Of a DNA stretch of 64,000 nt, positions 35,979 to 45,269 are shown in pieces. The DNA comes from Betaproteobacteria bacterium (lineage in GTDB: Bacteria; Pseudomonadota; Gammaproteobacteria; Burkholderiales; Usitatibacteraceae). The stretch is from NCBI GenBank assembly GCA_016720855.1, contig JADKJU010000005.1:249636-313635 (forward strand), given 5' to 3'. The notes under the pieces are model-generated. The model saw nothing but the letters and a program-made list of their open reading frames with translations. It made no database searches and was not told the DNA's origin. Positions within the stretch are counted from its first letter, which is position 1, and every line of letters starts with the position of its first letter. The position numbers were made by a program, and so were the translations under genes.

Positions 35979-37832
35979 TCAGGCCCGGTCGGGAACAGCC
36001 CGCCGCAGCGCACCCCATTGCAGCGCCGCCACCAGCCCGAGCAGGCCCAGGCCGGCGGCATCGGTGACGAGGCCCGGCTTGATGAGCAGGAACGCCGCCG
36101 CCGCGAGGAGGAATCGCTGCCACAGGACGAGATGCCCGAGCAGGTAGCCGTAGAGGGAGGCGGCCAGCGCCATGACGCCCAGGACGGCGGTGCCGGTGGC
36201 GAGCGCGATGGTCCCCCAGTCGCCGATGGCCAGGAGCGCCGGCTCGTAGACGAACATGAAGGGCACGATGAAGCCGGCGGCCGCGATGCGCACCGACTCG
36301 AATCCCGCGCGCCACATGTTGGCCTTCGCAAGCGCCGCCGCCGCGAAGACGGCCAGCGCCACCGGCGGGGTGATCGCGGAAAGCACCGCGAAGTAGAGCG
36401 CGAACATATGCGCCGCGGGTGTGACCACGCCCAGCTTGACCAGCGCCGGCACGAGGAGCGACACCATCACGATGTAGGCCGGGGTCGTGGGCATGCCCAT
36501 GCCCAGCACGATTCCGGCCATCGCGGTGAGGACCAGCGCGAGGATGAGGCTGTTCTGCGCCAGCGCGATGACGATCTGCGTGAAGGTGATGCCGAGCCCG
36601 GTGAGGGAGATGACGCCGATCACGATACCGGCGCAGGCGCAGGCCATCGCGACCGAGAGCGCGTCCCGGGAGCCGCCTTCTAGCGCCTCCAGGACCGTGC
36701 GCCAGGAGATGCCCTCGCGTGTGCTCCTGCGCATGAGGGCGACCGGAATGGTCGCGACCGTGCCGACGAGCGCGCAAAGCGGCGCGCTGTACGACATCGA
36801 CATGCCGGCAAGAACCAGCAGGATGGGGATGAAGAGGTGGCCGCGCTCCTTCATCACCGCGACGAAGCGCGGAAGCTCGGCACGCGGCACGCCCACGAGG
36901 CCGACGCGCTTCGCCTCGAAGTGGACCGCGAAGAAGAGCGCCACGTAGAAGAGCAGTGCCGGGATCCACGCCCAGACGGTGACCTGGAAGTAGCTCACCG
37001 CGAGATATTCGGCCATGACGAAGGCCGCGGCACCCATGATCGGGGGCATGATCTGCCCGCCCGTGGAGGCGCTCGCCTCCACCGCCGCGGCGAACGGCGC
37101 CCGGAAGCCGGTCTTCTTCATGAGCGGGATGGTGATCGGCCCGTCCACCATCACGTTCGCGACGGCGCTGCCGGAGATGGTGCCGAACAGGCTCGAGCTC
37201 ACGATCGCGACCTTGCCCGGCCCGCCCGCCGTGTGCCCGGTGAGCGAGAGCGCGAAGTCCATGAATAGCCTGCCCGTGCCGCTCTTCTCCATGAAGGCGC
37301 CGAAGAGCACGAAGACGATCACGTACGAGGCGGATACGCCCAGCGTCGAGCCGAAAATGCCGTCGGTGGACAGGTACATCTGCTCGAGCAGCACCTGCAT
37401 CTTGATGCCCGAGTAGAAGACGGCGTAGGCGAGGAACACGAGCGCGGTGAGGGGCAGGGACCACCCGATCACCCGCCGCGTCGCATCGAGCACCAGGATG
37501 ACCGTGAGCACCGCCATCGCCTTGTCCCAGGCGCTCAGGTCGTCGATGTAGATGATGCGATTGACGATGTACTGGTAGTTGACGAAGAGGTAGCCGACCA
37601 CCAGTGCCGCGGCGGCGATCAGAGCCAGGTCCAGCCCGAGGAGACGACGCGGGCCCCCGCGCTTTCCGCCGGCCGGGAAGAGCAGGAAGACGAGGACGAG
37701 CGCGAACAGGAGGTGCGTGCCGCGGAAGATCATCGCCTCGGGAGGCGCGGAGGCCGCGAACCACATGTGGTAGAGCGACATCGCGACCGCGATGCCGCCC
37801 GTGGCCCAGCGCAGCGCTGCCGTCATCGACAC
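35979..37832 (-). CDS. TAXI-type TRAP transporter fused permease (4TM/12TM)
   Basis: 617 aa. ...SLYHMWFAASAPPEAMIFRGTHLLFAL... is typical of the TAXI-associated fused permease. Confidence 0.85.
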   Translation of the reverse strand: MSMTAALRWATGGIAVAMSLYHMWFAASAPPEAMIFRGTHLLFALVLVFLLFPAGGKRGGPRRLLGLDLALIAAAALVVGYLFVNYQYIVNRIIYIDDLSAWDKAMAVLTVILVLDATRRVIGWSLPLTALVFLAYAVFYSGIKMQVLLEQMYLSTDGIFGSTLGVSASYVIVFVLFGAFMEKSGTGRLFMDFALSLTGHTAGGPGKVAIVSSSLFGTISGSAVANVMVDGPITIPLMKKTGFRAPFAAAVEASASTGGQIMPPIMGAAAFVMAEYLAVSYFQVTVWAWIPALLFYVALFFAVHFEAKRVGLVGVPRAELPRFVAVMKERGHLFIPILLVLAGMSMSYSAPLCALVGTVATIPVALMRRSTREGISWRTVLEALEGGSRDALSVAMACACAGIVIGVISLTGLGITFTQIVIALAQNSLILALVLTAMAGIVLGMGMPTTPAYIVMVSLLVPALVKLGVVTPAAHMFALYFAVLSAITPPVALAVFAAAALAKANMWRAGFESVRIAAAGFIVPFMFVYEPALLAIGDWGTIALATGTAVLGVMALAASLYGYLLGHLVLWQRFLLAAAAFLLIKPGLVTDAAGLGLLGLVAALQWGALRRAVPDRA

Positions 37833-37847
37833 GGCCGCACTCCTGCG

Positions 37848-38786
37848 CTACATCGCCCCGACTTCCTTGTAGTACTTCACCGCGCCGGGGTGGAACGGGA
37901 CGCCGATGTCCTCCGCCATCATCTTCGGGGTGAGGCCGGTCATGGCCTTGTTGATCGCGGCCATGTCGGCCACGTTGGCGGCCATGGCCTTCACCATCGC
38001 GTACACCTGCTGCTCGGGAAGGCTGCAGGCGACGACGAGGTGCGCGGAATAGACGATCGCGGGCACGTCCTGGTCCTGCTTCGGGTATGTGCCGCCCTTG
38101 ATGACGCCCTTCACGTAGCCGGGGTTCATTCTGCGCATCGCCGCGACGATCTCGTCCGTCACCGGCACCATCCTGATGTCGCGCCCCGAGGCGACGTCCA
38201 TCACCGAGGAGGCGGGAATCGTCGTGCCGAGCGTGAACACCTGCGCGTGGCCGTCCTTCATGAGCGCCGCCGCGTCCGTGTAGCTGTTGACGAAGCTCAC
38301 CTTTGCGCTCTGGTAGGAGAGCCCGACGGACTGCAGGATCTGCTGCGAGATGAGCTCCGCGGTGTTGCCCTTCGGCTGCACCGCGATCGACTTCCCCTTG
38401 AGGTCGGCGATGCCCTTGACGCCGCTGTCCGCGAGCGCCACCACCTGGAAGTACTGCGGGTAGAGGTTCGCGAGCTGGCAGGCCTTGGTGACCTTCTGCG
38501 GGTACGGCGGGCGCCCGTGGACGCCGTCGACCGAGGTGATGCTGTTGCCGAAGCCCACGTCGGCCTTGCCCTCGTCCACGCCGCGGATGTTGGCGATGCC
38601 GGCGCCGGGGCTGGTCTGGACCTGGAGGCCGGGGATCGCCTTCTCCCACATGCTCTTGAGCTGGCCGCCGAGCGGCACCCAGACTCCGCCCTGCGGGCCT
38701 GTCATCAGGCGGATCGTCTGCGCCTGCGAGGCGCCGGCGGTGAATGCGGCGGCGACAGCCACCGCGAGGGAAAGCCTGCGGATCAT
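37848..38786 (-). CDS. TAXI-family TRAP transporter solute-binding protein
   Basis: 312 aa. Signal peptide, then IRLMTGPQGGVWVPLGGQL and GVDEGKADVGFG, the TAXI hallmarks. Confidence 0.85.
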   Translation of the reverse strand: MIRRLSLAVAVAAAFTAGASQAQTIRLMTGPQGGVWVPLGGQLKSMWEKAIPGLQVQTSPGAGIANIRGVDEGKADVGFGNSITSVDGVHGRPPYPQKVTKACQLANLYPQYFQVVALADSGVKGIADLKGKSIAVQPKGNTAELISQQILQSVGLSYQSAKVSFVNSYTDAAALMKDGHAQVFTLGTTIPASSVMDVASGRDIRMVPVTDEIVAAMRRMNPGYVKGVIKGGTYPKQDQDVPAIVYSAHLVVACSLPEQQVYAMVKAMAANVADMAAINKAMTGLTPKMMAEDIGVPFHPGAVKYYKEVGAM

Positions 38787-38967
38787 GATGTGCTCCTCCG
38801 TATTGTCGGTTGTCGTTCCGTGTAGGCCCTAGACTTGACCGCGCGAGTATCGCACAGGGTCCGGGGCGGCCGCATTGCGCCAGGCGGCCCCGTCGCGTTC
38901 CGCCCGGGACGCCATCGGCAGCGATCCCGGGGACCGCTACACTGTCTCCTTTCGCCAGGAGCCGCCC

Positions 38968-40347
38968 ATGAAGAAGCTCGCAGGTTCGCCTCGCGACGCC
39001 GCAGCCATCGTCGAGGCCATCCGCAAGTCGCCGCTCGGCAAGGTGAAGGTCGCCGTGTCGGACATCGACGGCATCCTGCGCGGCAAGCTCCTGCACAAGG
39101 ACAAATTCCTCGCCGCCGTCGAGGGCGGCTTCGGCTTCTGCGACGTGGTGTTCGGCTGGGACTCGGGCGACCAGTGCTACGACAACACGAAGCTCACCGG
39201 CTGGCACCACGGCTTTCCCGATGCGATGGTGAGGCTGGACCTCAACACCTACCGCACCGTGCCCTGGGACGGCGGCATCCCCTTCTTCCTCGGGCACTTT
39301 GTGAAGGCGGACGGCTCTCCTCTCCCGATCTGCCCGCGCCAGGTGCTACGCCGCGTGCTTGCGCGTGCGGAAAAGATGGGCTTCGCCGCAATGGTCGGCT
39401 CCGAGTACGAGTTCTTCAACTTCGCCGAGACGCCGCAGAGCTGGGCCGCCAAGAAGGGCGTGGGGCCGGAGCCGATCACGCAAGGCATGTTCGGCTATTC
39501 GCTGCTGCGCACCAACGCCAATCGCGAGTACTTCAATGCCCTCATGGACGACCTGGGCACCTTCGGCATCCCCATCGAGGGCCTGCACACGGAAACCGGC
39601 CCGGGCGTGTACGAGGCGGCGATCATGTTCTCGGAAGCGCTGGAGGCGGCGGACCGCGCGCTCCTCTTCAAGACGGGAGCCAAGGAGATCGGCGCGCGCT
39701 TCGGCATCATGCCGTCCTTCATGGCCAAGTGGAGCCAGCAGTATCCGGGTTGCTCCGGTCACCTGCACCAGAGCCTTTCCGACGGGAAGAAAAACCTCTT
39801 CTCCGACGCGAAGGGCCGCCACGGCGGCATGTCGAAGCTCTTCGAGAGCTACCTCGCGGGCCAGATTGCCGCACTCATGGAAATGGCACCGATGTACTGG
39901 CCGACCGTGAATTCCTACAAGCGCCTCGTTGATGGCTTCTGGGCGCCGGTGAAGCCGACCTGGGGCGTGGACAACCGCACCGCCAGCTTCCGCGTCATTT
40001 CCGGCAGCCCCAAGGCGACGCGCCTGGAGACGCGCTGCCCCGGCGCCGACATGAACCCCTACCTCGCCACGGCCGCGGTGATCGCCGCCGGGCTGCACGG
40101 CGTGGAGAAGGGCTTGAAGCTCACCGCGAAACCCGTCCACGGCACCAACGAAGGCGCGGAGAACATCCCGCGCGCACCGCGCACGCTCATCGAGACCACG
40201 CGCATCTTCCGCGACTCCAAGGTCGCCCGCGACTGGTTCGGCGACGACTTCGTGGACCACTTCGCCGCCACGCGCGAATGGGAATGGCGCCAGTGGCTGG
40301 ACGCCGTGACCGACTGGGAATTGAAGCGCTACTTCGAGATCATCTAG
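38968..40347 (+). CDS. glutamine synthetase family protein (gamma-glutamyl-amine synthetase, PuuA/GlnA4-like)
   Basis: I prefer ATG 38968 (AGGAG 7 nt upstream). 459 aa with GS catalytic-domain collinearity (..GPGVYEAAI.. , ..NRTASFRV..). Confidence 0.8.
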   Translation: MKKLAGSPRDAAAIVEAIRKSPLGKVKVAVSDIDGILRGKLLHKDKFLAAVEGGFGFCDVVFGWDSGDQCYDNTKLTGWHHGFPDAMVRLDLNTYRTVPWDGGIPFFLGHFVKADGSPLPICPRQVLRRVLARAEKMGFAAMVGSEYEFFNFAETPQSWAAKKGVGPEPITQGMFGYSLLRTNANREYFNALMDDLGTFGIPIEGLHTETGPGVYEAAIMFSEALEAADRALLFKTGAKEIGARFGIMPSFMAKWSQQYPGCSGHLHQSLSDGKKNLFSDAKGRHGGMSKLFESYLAGQIAALMEMAPMYWPTVNSYKRLVDGFWAPVKPTWGVDNRTASFRVISGSPKATRLETRCPGADMNPYLATAAVIAAGLHGVEKGLKLTAKPVHGTNEGAENIPRAPRTLIETTRIFRDSKVARDWFGDDFVDHFAATREWEWRQWLDAVTDWELKRYFEII

Positions 40348-40368
40348 CGCGGTTGCGATGCGACGCGC

Positions 40369-41979
40369 CTAGCGGTACTCCGCCCGCCATTTCGCAACCT
40401 CCGAGAGCAGGCCCTCGGGTCGCTCGACGATCACCTCGGGCTCCCCGTCGAGCACGCGGCCGCGCTCCGCATCGAGGCAGATCGTCTCCCCTTCACGAAG
40501 CGTGCGCGTGCCCAGCATGATCGCGCGCGCCTTCTCGTCGATGCGCAGGGTGGTACAGCCCACCAGGCAGACCTTGCCCATCTGCCGCGCGACCACCGCG
40601 GCGTGGGACGTGCGCCCTCCCCGCGCGGTCAGCACGCCGGCGGCCAACGCGATGCCGGCGATGTCCTCCGTACTGGTGTCGTTTCTCACGAGAATGACCG
40701 GCCCGCCGGCGGCAAGCCTCTCGCACGCCTTCGTGTCGAGCGCGATGGCGCCCACCGCGAGCCCGATGCTGGCGGGCTGCGCGAACGCGAGGGCCGCCTC
40801 GCCTTCGTCCGCGACGCGGCGGCGCTCGATCGCCGCCAGGTCGATGCCGTCGAGCCGGGCGAGCGCCTGCGCAGGCGTGCAAAGGCCCTCGCGCACCTGC
40901 TCGACCGCCATGCGCAGCGCCGCCCACGGCGTGCGCTTGGCCGTGCGCGACTGCAGCAGGTAGAGGCGTCCGTCTTGCACGGTGAACTCGAATTCCTGCG
41001 CATCGCCGAAGGTCGCCTCCAGCGTGTGGCGCAATTCGTCCAGCCGCTGCGCAACCTCGGGCAGCGCCACCGGAAGACGACCGGTGTCATTGACGGGATG
41101 CCGCCCCGACACCACATCCTCGCCCTGGGCGTTGAACAGGAAATCGAGATAGAGGCGGTTCTCGCCCGTGGAAGGGTCGCGCGTGAAGCCCACGCCGGAG
41201 CCCGATGTGCCCCCCGCGTTTCCGAACACCATGCGCTGAACCGTGACCGCGGTGCCGATCGCATGGTCGAGCCCGTGCAGCCGGCGGTACTCCTGCGCGC
41301 GCGCCGAATGCCACGAATCGAACACCGCGATCGTGGCCGCCTCGAGCTGCTCGCGCGGATCCTGCGGGAAGGCCGCCCCCGTCGTCTCCGCGAAGAGCTC
41401 CAGGTTCTCCGCCGTGAGCCGGGTGAGGCTCTCGAAATCGAGCTCGCGCGGGCCGGCCACGCCCGCCTGGGCGACTGCCGTCGCGGCCAGCTCGTCGAAG
41501 GCGGCACTATCGGCGCCATGGACGATCTGCGCGTACTGCTGCACGAGGCGCCGGTAGGAATCCCAAACCAGGCGCGGGTTCCCGGTGAGCCGCAGGAGCC
41601 CGCGCACGGTGCGGTCGCACAGCCCGATGTTGAGCACCGTGTCCATCATGCCGGGCATCGAAACCGGCGCTCCGGAGCGCACGGAAACGAGCAGGGGCCT
41701 TCTTTCGCCGCCGAACGACAGCCCGCAGGCCTGCTCCAGGCGACGCGACCACTCGCCGAGCGCGGCGTGAAGCGGCGCCCGGGCCTCCTCGGGATTGCGC
41801 TCGTGGAGCCGGCACCAGTCCGTTCCGAGCACGAAGGCATGCGGGACCGGCATCCCAGCCGCCGCCATCCGCTGCAGGTTGCAGGCCTTGAATCCCATCG
41901 CGTTTGCATTGCCCGGCACCGCACCGGCGTGGGGGATTCCGATGCCGAACACCGTGCAGGCGCTGTCGGGGGCGGTCAT
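40369..41979 (-). CDS. pyruvate-phosphate-dikinase-like protein: ATP-grasp nucleotide domain plus phosphohistidine swivel domain, no PEP/pyruvate TIM barrel
   Basis: 536 aa. The N-terminal two thirds are collinear with the PPDK N-domain (SVRSGAPVSMPGMMDTVLNIGL, FEFTVQDGRLYLLQSR). The swivel motif is TARGGRTSHAAVVARQMGKVCLVG. The ORF ends about 60 aa after it. Confidence 0.8.
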   Translation of the reverse strand: MTAPDSACTVFGIGIPHAGAVPGNANAMGFKACNLQRMAAAGMPVPHAFVLGTDWCRLHERNPEEARAPLHAALGEWSRRLEQACGLSFGGERRPLLVSVRSGAPVSMPGMMDTVLNIGLCDRTVRGLLRLTGNPRLVWDSYRRLVQQYAQIVHGADSAAFDELAATAVAQAGVAGPRELDFESLTRLTAENLELFAETTGAAFPQDPREQLEAATIAVFDSWHSARAQEYRRLHGLDHAIGTAVTVQRMVFGNAGGTSGSGVGFTRDPSTGENRLYLDFLFNAQGEDVVSGRHPVNDTGRLPVALPEVAQRLDELRHTLEATFGDAQEFEFTVQDGRLYLLQSRTAKRTPWAALRMAVEQVREGLCTPAQALARLDGIDLAAIERRRVADEGEAALAFAQPASIGLAVGAIALDTKACERLAAGGPVILVRNDTSTEDIAGIALAAGVLTARGGRTSHAAVVARQMGKVCLVGCTTLRIDEKARAIMLGTRTLREGETICLDAERGRVLDGEPEVIVERPEGLLSEVAKWRAEYR

Positions 41980-43913
41980 TGGACCACCAGCTCGCCAAGG
42001 ACCGCATCGCGAAGCTGCAGCGCCGTGTGCATCAGCGCGTCCGTCGCTGCCTCGAGGTTACGCGCGCACTCGACGAACCCGTAGAGACTGCCAAAGTCGC
42101 CCGGCTGCGCCGGGACAAGGATCTTGGCGGCCCGGTGGACCTCGTCGCTGCGCCGCTCGAGGGTCATGATGCGATGGATGGCTTCCAGGAAATCCTGCGT
42201 GTCCTCGCGCGGGCTTCCGCGGTGCAGCGTGCGCGCGGTCTCCACGGCCTTGAGGTACTCCTGCACGCTCTCGACCGAAATGGCGGCCAGGGGGCGAAGC
42301 GCCGCGTACAGCGGCTCGCCGCGCAAGTCATGGGGCATGAGCGCCAGGTGGAACGCGGCCTCCTCGAGTTCATCCACGATGTCGTCGGCCACCTCGATCA
42401 GGTCGCGGTAGGACTGCGCGCGCTCGGAATGGCGCGCCTGCGCGCGCGCGGTGTTCACGAATTCGTCGGCGCGGTGTTCCCAGGCCTTGGCGCGGCGGGC
42501 GTTTCGCGCGAACTCCTCGGCCGCGTCCGCAGCACCCGCATTCAGGAGCGCGTCGCGGATCCCGCTCGCGATCTCGAGGGCGAAGGCGGCGTGCTCGGCG
42601 GCGATGTCGAGGACGCTTTCCTGCGCCGACCGGAAGTAGCTCACCAGCTCCGCGCGCACCTCGTCGCGCACGAGGCCCTCGGGACGCCCGCCCTGAAGGC
42701 CCTGCGCGCAGGTGCGCATGACGTAGCGCATGAACTTCACGGCGGCGTCGCGGCCCAGCACGTCGTCCAGCCGCGCGCCGAAGGAAGACGGCGTCCGGGA
42801 GACGAACGCCAGCGAATCGAAGATCATCTGCTCCCCGCCGGCACGCAGGAAAGCCATGTGCCCGTGGTCGTTGTCGGCCGCCCACTTGAGCAGCTCCGCC
42901 ACCTCCTTCCTGGGCAGCAGCAGCCGCAGGCGCTTCCTCGCGCGGTTCCAGTCGATGAGGAAGACGAGCCGCGAGCCCATGAAGGCGAGGTAGTCCTCGA
43001 TCTCCGCGGCGCTCCCGGCCGTGTAGGTGCCGATGCACAGGTGGTACACGCCGTCCTTCATGCTCCGGTCGTTGCGCGAGAGCGTGTCCTCCCAGCGGAC
43101 ACGGCGCGCGTCGAAGAGCCCCTGGAAGAACATGAGCCGCTGCATGTGCACGTCGGTGTAGGTGAGCGTGACGCGATTGGCCTCGACGTGCACCACGAGG
43201 ACGTGCGCATCCGTCGTGCCGATGTCGTTCTGAAGCACCAGCCGATCGCCCGAGCGCGTGGCCGTGGTGCCCAGGCCCGGGTGGTCGAACTTGACGGATG
43301 CCGTGCGGTTCACGCCGCGCATGAAGGCCGCCACCAGCGGCCGGTCGCCCGGCGCGATCCCGTAGGCATGGGCGCCGTCGATGATCTCGGACGAGACGCG
43401 CACCTGCAGCCCGTTCAGGGCCTTGTGCATGTCCATCACCAGGCGATGGACGCTGTCGGTGCCGTCCTGTCCGCCCGAGGTGAGCGCAACGATCTGGTCG
43501 CTGGTGATCTGCTCGTCCGTGCCGCACCAGGGCAGTCCGGACAGGCGCTGGCGGCGCTCGTCGAATGCAGCCACGTCGTCGCCGGAGGCCTTCAGCGGCG
43601 CGAGCATCGCATCGACCTCGGCCAGCAGGCGCGTGCAAAGGCGATCCACGCCCGGCATGAAGTAGCGGCCATCCCCGATCCGCGTTGCGCAGGCCGCGAC
43701 CTCGTCGAACCCCGCCGCGGCCAGCCCCGCCGCCTCGCGCTCGGCGCGCAATTCAGGCGCGGCGCTGCCCGGATGGTCCGCATGGCCCTGCGCGACCTGC
43801 AGGACGGTAAACAGGTACTTCGCGCGGTCGTTGGCCGACAGCGCCTCGTTCAGCAACGCAGGCAGGCGCAAGCCTTCCTCACCCAGCGCTTCGACGATCC
43901 GCGATTTTTCCAT
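41976..43913 (-). CDS. 645-aa protein of unknown function with C-terminal DUF47/PhoU-like helical domain; translationally coupled to the PPDK-like gene
   Basis: The stop overlaps the downstream ATG (ATGA at 41976-41979). The last ~200 aa show two DUF47-type repeats (WEHRADEFV...LIEVADDIVDELEEAAFHLAL and LERRSDEVHR...LEAATDALMHTALQL). I do not recognise the N-terminal ~430 aa. Confidence 0.7.
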   Translation of the reverse strand: MEKSRIVEALGEEGLRLPALLNEALSANDRAKYLFTVLQVAQGHADHPGSAAPELRAEREAAGLAAAGFDEVAACATRIGDGRYFMPGVDRLCTRLLAEVDAMLAPLKASGDDVAAFDERRQRLSGLPWCGTDEQITSDQIVALTSGGQDGTDSVHRLVMDMHKALNGLQVRVSSEIIDGAHAYGIAPGDRPLVAAFMRGVNRTASVKFDHPGLGTTATRSGDRLVLQNDIGTTDAHVLVVHVEANRVTLTYTDVHMQRLMFFQGLFDARRVRWEDTLSRNDRSMKDGVYHLCIGTYTAGSAAEIEDYLAFMGSRLVFLIDWNRARKRLRLLLPRKEVAELLKWAADNDHGHMAFLRAGGEQMIFDSLAFVSRTPSSFGARLDDVLGRDAAVKFMRYVMRTCAQGLQGGRPEGLVRDEVRAELVSYFRSAQESVLDIAAEHAAFALEIASGIRDALLNAGAADAAEEFARNARRAKAWEHRADEFVNTARAQARHSERAQSYRDLIEVADDIVDELEEAAFHLALMPHDLRGEPLYAALRPLAAISVESVQEYLKAVETARTLHRGSPREDTQDFLEAIHRIMTLERRSDEVHRAAKILVPAQPGDFGSLYGFVECARNLEAATDALMHTALQLRDAVLGELVVQ

Positions 43914-44085
43914 CGCTTCGGGTTTCCGGGAGTCCTCACTGGAATCTACCGGGACGCCGTGTATGCCTCATGTCATAGGTCAACAGGTCGCCAATCGGCG
44001 CGGTTCCAGTGCATCATTCGCCGTACCCGCCGGACGATTCCGGCGTTTCACCCGCCCGCAAACCCCCTTTCCAGTCCCTTCCGCC

Positions 44086-45220
44086 ATGGCACTTTCCCGC
44101 TTCGCGTTTCCCACGACCATCCATTTCGGCCCCGGTGCGCGCCGCCTGGTCGATGACCACCTCAAGAGCCAGGGCATCGCTCGCCCGCTCATCGTCACCG
44201 ACCGCGGGCTTGCCGCGCTGCCGATCCTCGCGGAGTTGCGCGCGCTCCTGCCCGGGCTCGCGGTGCAGACCTATTCCGGCGTGCACGGCAACCCGACGAA
44301 GTCGCAGGTGGACGCGGGAGTCGCCGCCTTCAAGGCGCACCGCGCCGATTGCGTGATCGGCTTCGGCGGGGGCGCGGCGCTCGACGTCGCCAAGGCCGTG
44401 GCGCTCATGGCCGTGCACGAGGGCGACATCCTCGAATACGCGTGGGACCACCCGGACGTGCGCCCGATCGTGAACGCGCTGCCGCACTTCGTGGCACTGC
44501 CGACGACCAGCGGGACCGGAAGCGAGGTGGGGCGCTCCTCGGTCATCTCGCACGACACGACGCACGTGAAGAAGATCGTCTTCTCGCCGGCGCTCCTGGC
44601 GAAGGCGGTGTTCGCGGATCCGGAACTCACCCTGGCGCTGCCCCCTCCCATCACCGCGGCGACCGGCCTGGATGCCCTCACGCACAATGTGGAGAGCTAC
44701 CTCTCGCCCGCCTATCACCCGCTTTGCGACGGCATTGCGCTCGAAGGCACCCGCATCGCTGCCCGCGCGCTCGCGCTGGCGGTGCGCGAGCCGGCGAACC
44801 TGCAGGCCCGCTCCGACATGATGATGTCCTCGATGATGGGCGCGATCGCCTTCCAGAAGGACCTGGGCGCTGTGCATTCCTGCGCCCACGCGCTGGGCAC
44901 GGTGGTGGACATGCACCACGGGCTCGCCAACGGCATCATGATCGACCACGTGATGCGCTTCAATGCCGATGCGGCCGCGCAGAAGATGGGCGAGCTCGCG
45001 CGCGTCTGCGGCGCGGGGCGCCTCGGCAAGCGACTTCGTGGCCTGGCTCGGCCGGCTGAAGCAGGAAGTCGGAGTCCCCGCGAAGCTCGGATCGAAAGGC
45101 GTCACCGCCGCGCACATTCCCGCGCTTGTCGAGGTGGCCGTGAAGGACACCTGCCACCAGACCAACCCGAAACCGTGCACCGCCGACGATTTTCGCCGGA
45201 TCTTCGAAGGCGCGATATAG
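44086..45220 (+). pseudogene. iron-containing (group III) alcohol dehydrogenase with an apparent 1-nt frameshift near 45012-45020
   Basis: ATG 44086 gives MALSRFAFPTTIHFGPGA..., GGGAALDVAKA and HSCAHALG. After ..MGELARVCG the frame turns into Arg-rich junk. The +1 frame carries the expected C-terminus ..DFVAWLGRLKQEVGVPAKL...FRRIFEGAI-stop (45220). The combined length of 378 codons is normal for the family. Confidence 0.75.
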
Positions 45221-45240
45221 TGATGCCTCCCTCACCCCGC

Positions 45241-45261
45241 CCCTCTCCCGGAGGGAGAGGG
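45241..45261. repeat. perfect 9-bp GC hairpin CCCTCTCCC-gga-GGGAGAGGG preceded by CCCTCACCCC (boxC-like intergenic element)
   Basis: Seen directly in the sequence. It lies between the Fe-ADH stop and the next ATG (45270). The right arm contains the only purine-rich Shine-Dalgarno candidate for that gene. Confidence 0.5.
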
Positions 45262-45269
45262 AGAAAAGC

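Noticed and set aside
33877-39297. 1806-aa minus-strand ORF, the longest in the track, spanning five annotated genes
   Set aside because: The translation is Arg/Gly/Pro/Ala-rich low-complexity text with no domain pattern. It runs antisense or out of frame to well-supported genes (phnY-like ALDH, Na/Pi transporter, TAXI-TRAP genes). This is the typical stop-codon-poor shadow frame of 68 percent GC DNA.
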